Assembly: GCA_964564445.1 (NCBI GenBank)
Contig: CAZMDO010000001.1
Span: forward strand, 1-41,996
Reading direction: 5' to 3'
Source of the DNA: an uncultured Ruaniaceae bacterium
GTDB taxonomy: Bacteria; Actinomycetota; Actinomycetes; Actinomycetales; Beutenbergiaceae
Length of the DNA stretch: 41,996 nt
Shown here: piece after piece, positions 36,372 to 41,996 of the stretch
Numbering within the stretch: the first letter of the stretch is position 1
How the letters are laid out: every line of letters starts with the position of its first letter
Notes under the pieces: generated by a model
Seen by the model: the letters and a program-made list of their open reading frames with translations, nothing else
Databases searched by the model: none
What the model was told of the DNA's origin: nothing
Made by a program: the position numbers and the translations under genes

Positions 36372-38270
36372 TCACGCCACCGGCACCGCCGACCGGAGGA
36401 GCGGCGCGACCTCCGCCTCGTCCAGCACGCCGTCGAGCAGGATGGCCTGGAGCTCCAGCTCCAGGTGCTCCCCGGCGGGGATGTGCAACGAGGAGGACCA
36501 CGCCAGCGACGGGCCGGCACCCAGGTAGTCGGTGGAGCGGACGAACCACGGCCGCACCTGACCGTGCTGCACCAGCAGCGCCGTCCACGGGTGCTCACCG
36601 GCGCGGGAGAGCAGCAGCCACGGTGAGGTGGACCCGTTCGCGGCGTCCTCGCCGGTGCCGTCGGCGCAGCTGATCAGCGCCTCGCCATCGCTGGGGAATC
36701 GCCAGAAGATGCCGCCGTAGCCGGCGCCGGTGCGGCCCTGGGTGGCCGGGGAGTCGATCGTCACCGGTCCGTTGCTGGCCAGCAGGGTGGAGTGCCAGGT
36801 CAGCTGCCAGCCGCGCCGCCCGTCCAGGGCCTGCGCTGTCAACCGGCGACGTTCGGTGAGCAGCTCGGCGCCGTCGTGCCCGTACCAGCTGAGCTGCTCG
36901 GTCATCGTCGGGCCGATGAGCGTCATGTCGTGGCTGACCTGCGTGCCGTGGTTGGCCAGCAGCGTCGGGCCGGCGTCGCGCACGTAGGTGCGCCCGCCCC
37001 AGAACGAGGAGTCGTTGACCTGCGCCACCGCCAGGGACACCCCGTACTGGTGCCGGTGGTCCAGCGGGGAGATCTCGGTCAGCGGCGTCCCGTCCCAGGT
37101 GTGCACCGGGTGCAGGTACGGGCGCGGGGCGTGCACGTCCGGCATCGCCGGGTGCCGCTCGTAGCGGGCCAGCGTGCTGCCGGCGGCGCGGAGAACCCCG
37201 GCGTCGTCGTCGCGGGACCACAGCGGCTGGCTGCCGGCCACCGGGGCGGCCGGTGCGGTGGTCGGCCGGACCGGTGCGGGCCCGGTGCTGGCCCGCTCGA
37301 TCAGCCGGGGCCGGAAGAACAACGAGCTGCTCTCCGCCTCCCCGACGAGCAGCTGGTGCAGCTGTTCCCAGGCGTGCCGACCCAGGTCCATCTGCGGCAC
37401 CGACATGGTGGTCAGCGACGGGGTGGCGTACTTGGCGAACGCGATGTCGTCGAACCCGGCCACCGAGATGCCGCGAGGCACCCCCACCCCGGTCTCGTTC
37501 AGCTTGCCGAGCAGCCCGAACGCGACCAGGTCGTTGAACGCCAGCACGGCGGTGGCCTGCGAGTTCAGCACCGCCTCCAGGGCGGCGTAGCCGTCCTCGA
37601 TCATCGACCCGCACCGGCTGTGCTGGATGCTCAGCTGCGGATGGTCCTGCTGCAGCTGGCGCAGTCCCTGCAGCCGGGCGGTGTTCGAGGCCGAGTTCTC
37701 CGGGCCGGCGAGGTAGATGAACCGTTCGTGGCCGAGGCCGATGAGGTGCTCGGCCAGCTGCCGGATGCCGCCGGCGTAGTCCACCGCCAGCGCGGGCACG
37801 TCCCCGGTGAGCGGCTCCCGGTTCACCAGCACCACCGGCGCCGTGGCGGCCATCACCTCGGTCAGCTGCTCCTCCGGCATCCGCGGCGAGCACAGGATGA
37901 GCGCATCGCAGCGCCGGCGTGCCTCGACCGCCAGCTCCGCCTCCCGCTCCGGCTCCTCGATGCTGTCGGCGACCAGGATCCGGTAGCCGGCGCGGGTGGC
38001 GGCCTGGTTCGCCCCGCGCAGCACCTGCTGGAACATCGGGTTGCCGAGGTCGGGCACGAGCAGCGCGACGGTCTGGGTGCGGCCCAGGGACAGGCTGCGG
38101 GCCACGGTGGAGGGGGAGTAGCTCAGCTCCCGGGCGGCCTTGCGCACCCGGGCGGCCATCTCCGGGTCCACGGTGGACCGGCCGTTCATCACCCGGGACA
38201 CGGTGGCACGAGAGACGCCGGCTGCCCGGGCGACCTCGGCGATGGTCGCCACACCGGTGGTGCTCATCAC
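36372..38270 (-). CDS. LacI family regulator fused to a C-terminal DUF6807 (Pfam 'PmoA'-named) domain
   Basis: Residues ~1-330: ATIAEVARAAGVSRATVSRVMNG, LGNPMF, LAFNDLVAFG, VAGFDDI, LIERAST; Pro/Ala linker; then PRPYLHPVHT..PLDHRHQYG..FWGGRTYVR..AGYGGIFWR..WFVRSTDYLG; single uninterrupted ORF. Confidence 0.82.
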   Translation of the reverse strand: MMSTTGVATIAEVARAAGVSRATVSRVMNGRSTVDPEMAARVRKAARELSYSPSTVARSLSLGRTQTVALLVPDLGNPMFQQVLRGANQAATRAGYRILVADSIEEPEREAELAVEARRRCDALILCSPRMPEEQLTEVMAATAPVVLVNREPLTGDVPALAVDYAGGIRQLAEHLIGLGHERFIYLAGPENSASNTARLQGLRQLQQDHPQLSIQHSRCGSMIEDGYAALEAVLNSQATAVLAFNDLVAFGLLGKLNETGVGVPRGISVAGFDDIAFAKYATPSLTTMSVPQMDLGRHAWEQLHQLLVGEAESSSLFFRPRLIERASTGPAPVRPTTAPAAPVAGSQPLWSRDDDAGVLRAAGSTLARYERHPAMPDVHAPRPYLHPVHTWDGTPLTEISPLDHRHQYGVSLAVAQVNDSSFWGGRTYVRDAGPTLLANHGTQVSHDMTLIGPTMTEQLSWYGHDGAELLTERRRLTAQALDGRRGWQLTWHSTLLASNGPVTIDSPATQGRTGAGYGGIFWRFPSDGEALISCADGTGEDAANGSTSPWLLLSRAGEHPWTALLVQHGQVRPWFVRSTDYLGAGPSLAWSSSLHIPAGEHLELELQAILLDGVLDEAEVAPLLRSAVPVA

Positions 38271-39883
38271 GCCTCCTCAGGCGCCGGCTCGGCGCCGCTC
38301 ATCTCGAAGGCACGGTACCGTGCCAGGGCTGGGTGGCCGGGGCCGGCCGGGGCCGCCGAACCCACCGGGGCGGCGGCGAACAGAGCCACCTCCGCCCCGA
38401 TCCACCGGCCCGGGGTGGCGGCGAAGGACTCGGGGACGGTGGTCCATGCCGGCTCCGGGTCACCGGCGAGCGCCCAGGACAGGTGCACCGTCCCGGCGCC
38501 GTCGCTGCTCAGCCGCAGCCGCACCTCCGCCCCCGGTGCCAGCACCTGCTCGGCGACCGGGACCTCGCGGCGGCGTCGGTCGGGTGAGTCGTCCGCACCG
38601 GAACGACGACAGACCAGGTGGGTTCCGCCGTCGCGGACCTCCAGGCCGATCCAGGCGTACTCCTGACCGAGCAGCACCAGCCCGGTGCGGGCGCCCTCCG
38701 GCCCGGCGGTCAGCTCTACGGCGGTCTCGTAGCTGACCGGCAGTCCGGCCAGCTGCTGGCCGAGCAGCTGGCCGAGCAGGCGCAGGTCGCCCAGGTCGTT
38801 GGCCACCGCGCGCAGCTCCAGGCGCCCACCGCCCACGCTCGCCCAGGACGGGTCCGGGTTGGCCTGCCAGTGCCACTTCGGGTGCAAGGTGGCGGTGAAG
38901 TCGTCACTGCCGTCGACGGCGCGCATCCGCTGGCGTGCGGAGCTCACCGGGGCCGGGTGGGTCAGCACGGGCTCCCCGGCGTCGCCGAGCACGGGCCAGC
39001 CGTCGCTTCCCCAGCGCATCGGCTGCAGGTGGGTGACCCGGCCGTAGGGCCCACGGTCCTGGAAGTGCACGAACCAGTCCGCCCCGTCCGCGTCGGTGAC
39101 CCAGGCGCCCTGGTGCGGTCCGTTCACGCCGGTGCTGCCCTGGGCGAGCACCGTCCGCTCCTCGTACGGGCCGTACACGGACCTGGACCGGAACACCGCC
39201 TGCCACCCGGTGGCCACCCCGCCGGCGGGGGCGAAGATCCAGTACCAGCCCTCCCGCCGGTACAGCTTGGGCCCCTCGAGGGTGCCGTAGCCGGGCAGGT
39301 CGGCGCCGTCGATGACCGTGCGCCCGGGGGCCAGCACGGTGCGCAGGTCCGGGCTGACCTCCAGCACGGTGAGCCGGTTCTTCACCCCGGACCGGCTGGC
39401 GGCCCAGCCGTGCACCAGGTAGGCGCGGCCGTCGGCGTCCCACAGCGGGCAGGGGTCGATCAGCCCCTGGCCGGCCAGCAGCAGGTACGGCTCGGCCCAC
39501 GGCCCCTCGGCGGCGGGAGCGGTGGAGACCCACAACCCGTGGTCGGGGTCCGGCCAGACGATGTACAGGGTGCCTTCGTGGGCGCGGATCGAGGGCGCCC
39601 ACACCCCGCCGCCGTGCCGCGGCAGGGCGAAGTGCTCGCGCGGCGGCACCGCCGGCAGGGCGTGCGCGGCGAGCTCCCAGCTGACCAGGTCCGGTGAGCG
39701 CAGCACCGGCAGGCCGGGGGCGCGGTTGAAGCTGGAGGCGACCATCAGGTACTCGTCGCCATGGCGGATCACGTCCGGGTCGGGCCAGTCCTCGTCCAGC
39801 ACCGGGTTCCGGTAGGTGCCCACGCCGGCCCGGGCCGGGTCGGCCTGGTCGGCGGGCCGGGGGGTGGGGGAAGGGTGCGCCAT
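38267..39883 (-). CDS. Glycoside hydrolase family 43 (beta-xylosidase/arabinofuranosidase) with C-terminal beta-sandwich
   Basis: YRNPVL..WPDPDVIR (base), GVWAPSIR, IDPCPLWD, TLEGPKLY (acid), NGPHQG, GRWIGAEVALFA; no signal peptide; RBS GGAGA. Confidence 0.92.
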   Translation of the reverse strand: MAHPSPTPRPADQADPARAGVGTYRNPVLDEDWPDPDVIRHGDEYLMVASSFNRAPGLPVLRSPDLVSWELAAHALPAVPPREHFALPRHGGGVWAPSIRAHEGTLYIVWPDPDHGLWVSTAPAAEGPWAEPYLLLAGQGLIDPCPLWDADGRAYLVHGWAASRSGVKNRLTVLEVSPDLRTVLAPGRTVIDGADLPGYGTLEGPKLYRREGWYWIFAPAGGVATGWQAVFRSRSVYGPYEERTVLAQGSTGVNGPHQGAWVTDADGADWFVHFQDRGPYGRVTHLQPMRWGSDGWPVLGDAGEPVLTHPAPVSSARQRMRAVDGSDDFTATLHPKWHWQANPDPSWASVGGGRLELRAVANDLGDLRLLGQLLGQQLAGLPVSYETAVELTAGPEGARTGLVLLGQEYAWIGLEVRDGGTHLVCRRSGADDSPDRRRREVPVAEQVLAPGAEVRLRLSSDGAGTVHLSWALAGDPEPAWTTVPESFAATPGRWIGAEVALFAAAPVGSAAPAGPGHPALARYRAFEMSGAEPAPEEA

Positions 39884-39924
39884 CGCGGTTCTCTCCGGGG
39901 TGGTGTGGTCTCGGGCGGCCCGGT

Positions 39925-41304
39925 CTACCGGTCGAGCACGGCCCGGTGCAGCAGGTCGCCGTAGTCGGCCAGGTGCACGGCCTGGGCGGAGGCCAGGGAG
40001 TCGTTCACCGCGGCGCCGATGAGCACCGAGCGCACCCCGTCGCGGTAGCCGGCGTGCCGCCCGAGCGCATCCTCGCCCACGCCGCGGAACACGTCGTCCA
40101 GCAGCATCGCGTCCCCGCCGCCGTGTGCCCCGACGCCCTCGGGGATGGGCACCTCCTCGGGCTGGGACCAGAGCCGCTGCAGCATCAGCCGGGACCCGTG
40201 CGGGCGCAGCTGCTGCCCGGTGCGCTCGGCCTCGGTGGCGCTCGGGTCGAGCACCGGCCGGTCCTTGCCACCGGGGCCCAGGGCGCTGGTGGTCCGCTCG
40301 GCACTGACCGCGCCGCGTTCCACCACGTCCAGCTCCAGGCGGCCCTCGGTGCCGTTGAACGCCACCCGGTAGCCCTCCCACGGGGAGTGGGCGTTCAGCG
40401 AGTAGGACATCGCCGCCCCGCGCTGGTAGCCGACGGTGACGGAGAGGTTGTCCTCGATGGTGATGCCTGGTGCGAACACGTCCTGGTCCCGGTGGTAGCC
40501 GTCCAGGTGCTCGGCGTCCAGGAACAGTCCCTTGAGCTGGGGGTCGGCGGCCAGGTCGAGCGCGAACGGGTCGCCGGCGGCGAGCAGGTCCCGGCCGAGT
40601 GCCGGCCGCTCGCCCAGGCCGCGGGCGGCGGCGTTCTCCGCGCCGTAGAAGCGCAGCCCGCCCAGGGCGAACACCGTCTGGGGCACGTCCGCCAGCCACC
40701 AGTTCACCAGGTCGAAGTGGTGGGTGGACTTGTGCACCGCGAGCCCGCCGGAGCTGTCCTTCTCCCGGTGCCAGCGGCGGAAGTAGTCCGCACCGTGCAC
40801 CGTGTCCAGGCACCACTCGAAGTGCACCGAGGTGACCGTGCCGATGGCGCCCTCGGCGATCAGGCGCCGCACGGTGGAGTTCCGGGGCGAGTACCGGTAG
40901 TTGAAGGTCACCGTGAGGGTGCCGGTGGACTGCTCGGCGGCGCGGACGATGCGCTCCAGGCTGGGCACGTCGATCGTCATCGGCTTCTCGGTGATCACGT
41001 CCAGGCCCCGGTCCAGCCCGGCCACGATGTGGTCGGCGTGGGTGGAGTCCTTGCTGGTGACGATGAGCACGTCCGGCCGGGCCGCCGAGAGCATCTCCTC
41101 GAACGTCTCCGGGGTGAAGTGCGGTGGGGCGCTGCGGCCCCGGTCGGCGAGGTAGCTGTCGTAGTAGGCCATCCGCGCCTCGTTCGGGTCGAGGAACGCG
41201 ACGATCTCGCCCAGGTCAGCGTGCGTGGAGGTCAGCGCGTCGATGTACATCCGCGATCGGCCGCCGGTCCCGATGACGGCGTAGCGGCGAGGACGGTCAG
41301 ACAT
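39925..41304 (-). CDS. Gfo/Idh/MocA family oxidoreductase (YteT-like)
   Basis: YAVIGTGGR, VITEKPMT, VTFNYRYSP, LDTVHGADYFRRWHR, HKSTHHFDLVNW, HGGGD; start at ATG 41304 or 41310. Confidence 0.9.
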   Translation of the reverse strand: MSDRPRRYAVIGTGGRSRMYIDALTSTHADLGEIVAFLDPNEARMAYYDSYLADRGRSAPPHFTPETFEEMLSAARPDVLIVTSKDSTHADHIVAGLDRGLDVITEKPMTIDVPSLERIVRAAEQSTGTLTVTFNYRYSPRNSTVRRLIAEGAIGTVTSVHFEWCLDTVHGADYFRRWHREKDSSGGLAVHKSTHHFDLVNWWLADVPQTVFALGGLRFYGAENAAARGLGERPALGRDLLAAGDPFALDLAADPQLKGLFLDAEHLDGYHRDQDVFAPGITIEDNLSVTVGYQRGAAMSYSLNAHSPWEGYRVAFNGTEGRLELDVVERGAVSAERTTSALGPGGKDRPVLDPSATEAERTGQQLRPHGSRLMLQRLWSQPEEVPIPEGVGAHGGGDAMLLDDVFRGVGEDALGRHAGYRDGVRSVLIGAAVNDSLASAQAVHLADYGDLLHRAVLDR

Positions 41305-41338
41305 GGGCATCCTGTTCAAGTTCGGTGATCGACAGCGA

Positions 41339-41427
41339 GAAACCGATTTCCGATCAACCTACTCATCGCCGTGCCCGGTGTCAACTTACCCGCGCTGTCC
41401 CGCGGGTAACGCATAGAAACCGGTTCC
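41339..41427 (-). promoter_or_regulatory. Promoter of the Gfo-GH43-LacI-AEC operon bracketed by two GAAACCGGTTCC-type operators
   Basis: Minus strand TTGACA(41384-41379)-N17-TAGGTT(41361-41356); GAAACCGATTTC at 41339-41350 and GAAACCGGTTCC at 41416-41427. Confidence 0.82.
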
Positions 41428-41458
41428 GCCCGCAGGGTGCCCAGACGCCTACCCTGCC

Positions 41459-41510
41459 CGCAAGGTCACGTGGATCCGGTCATCGGTGCCCGTTCTTGCT
41501 TGACCTTGCG
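41459..41510. repeat. Intergenic inverted repeat (REP-like)
   Basis: CGCAAGGTCA (41459-41468) and TGACCTTGCG (41501-41510) are perfect 10-bp arms 32 nt apart. Confidence 0.55.
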
Positions 41511-41514
41511 TGAA

Positions 41515-41561
41515 CGGGCGGGCGGTGAGCACGGGAGAGCCCCGTGGTCACCGCCCGCCCG
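41515..41561 (-). terminator. Hairpin terminator of glpK
   Basis: CGGGCGGGCGGTGA-G-CACGGG / CCCGTG-G-TCACCGCCCGCCCG stem (14+6 bp) 17 nt after the glpK stop. Confidence 0.8.
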
Positions 41562-41578
41562 AGAAGGGTCGTGTGAGG

Positions 41579-41996
41579 TCAGGCCTCGGTGTCCTCGTCC
41601 ACCCAGTCGAAGGTCTTGGTCACGGCCTTCTTCCAGTTCCGGTACAGCCGCTCCCGCTCCTTCTCCTCCATCTGCGGCCTCCAGCGCTTGTCCTCGGCCC
41701 AGTTGTCGATCACGTCCTGCTCCCCGGACCAGAAGCCCACGGCGATGCCGGCCGCGTACGCCGCACCCAGGGCCGTGGTCTCGGCGACCTTGGGCCGGAT
41801 CACGTCCACGCCGAGGATGTCCGCCTGGAACTGCATGAGCAGCTCGTCAGCGATCATGCCGCCGTCGACCTTCAGCTCGGTCAGGTCCACTCCGGAGTCG
41901 GCGTTCATCGCGTCCACCACCTCGCGGGTCTGGTACGCGGTGGCCTCCAGCGTGGCCCGGGCGATGTGCCCCTTGTTCACGTACCGGGTGAGCCCG
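41579..41996 (-). CDS. glpK: Glycerol kinase, C-terminal part (runs off the window)
   Basis: [63 protein letters not shown]. Confidence 0.93.
   Translation of the reverse strand, partial: GLTRYVNKGHIARATLEATAYQTREVVDAMNADSGVDLTELKVDGGMIADELLMQFQADILGVDVIRPKVAETTALGAAYAAGIAVGFWSGEQDVIDNWAEDKRWRPQMEEKERERLYRNWKKAVTKTFDWVDEDTEA

Noticed and set aside
36372-37250. Methane monooxygenase (PmoA) function
   Set aside because: The family name is a misnomer here: the domain is soluble, there are no pmoB/pmoC genes and the context is carbohydrate catabolism.
38267-40816. Apparent 849-aa GH43 with a long N-terminal extension
   Set aside because: The extension overlaps the Gfo gene out of frame; an RBS and homology support a start at 39883.

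Overview
High-GC actinobacterial DNA (most likely Micrococcales, judged from gene families and promoter style) dominated by pectin and hemicellulose utilisation. It encodes two secreted rhamnogalacturonan-lyase-type proteins, an SGNH esterase, xylR-xylA-xylB, an LplABC/YtcPQ-type oligosaccharide ABC operon with two extra membrane proteins, and a convergent Gfo/Idh/MocA-GH43-LacI fusion-AEC operon ending at a truncated glpK. Interspersed are a LAL regulator, an uncharacterised SDR + FAD flavoprotein operon, a Gfo/Idh/MocA + TIM-barrel epimerase operon, a frameshifted lipoprotein, three tandem membrane-anchored beta-propeller paralogues, and a low-GC islet (Tat-secreted Amidase_6 protein plus a coupled membrane protein) beside a serine-hydrolase remnant broken by a probable IS1634-type end. 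The intergenic DNA shows clear -35/-10 promoters and three classes of LacI-type palindrome plus a ROK-type inverted repeat, which divide the window into putative regulons. Best candidates for undescribed biology: (i) an orphan sugar-catabolic pathway split over two distant operons that share an operator, (ii) a LacI-DUF6807 fusion regulator with a candidate operator at both of its target promoters, (iii) a possible amidase toxin/immunity islet and (iv) the propeller triplet. All family calls come from motif recognition by eye, not database searches. No rRNA, tRNA or CRISPR array was seen.
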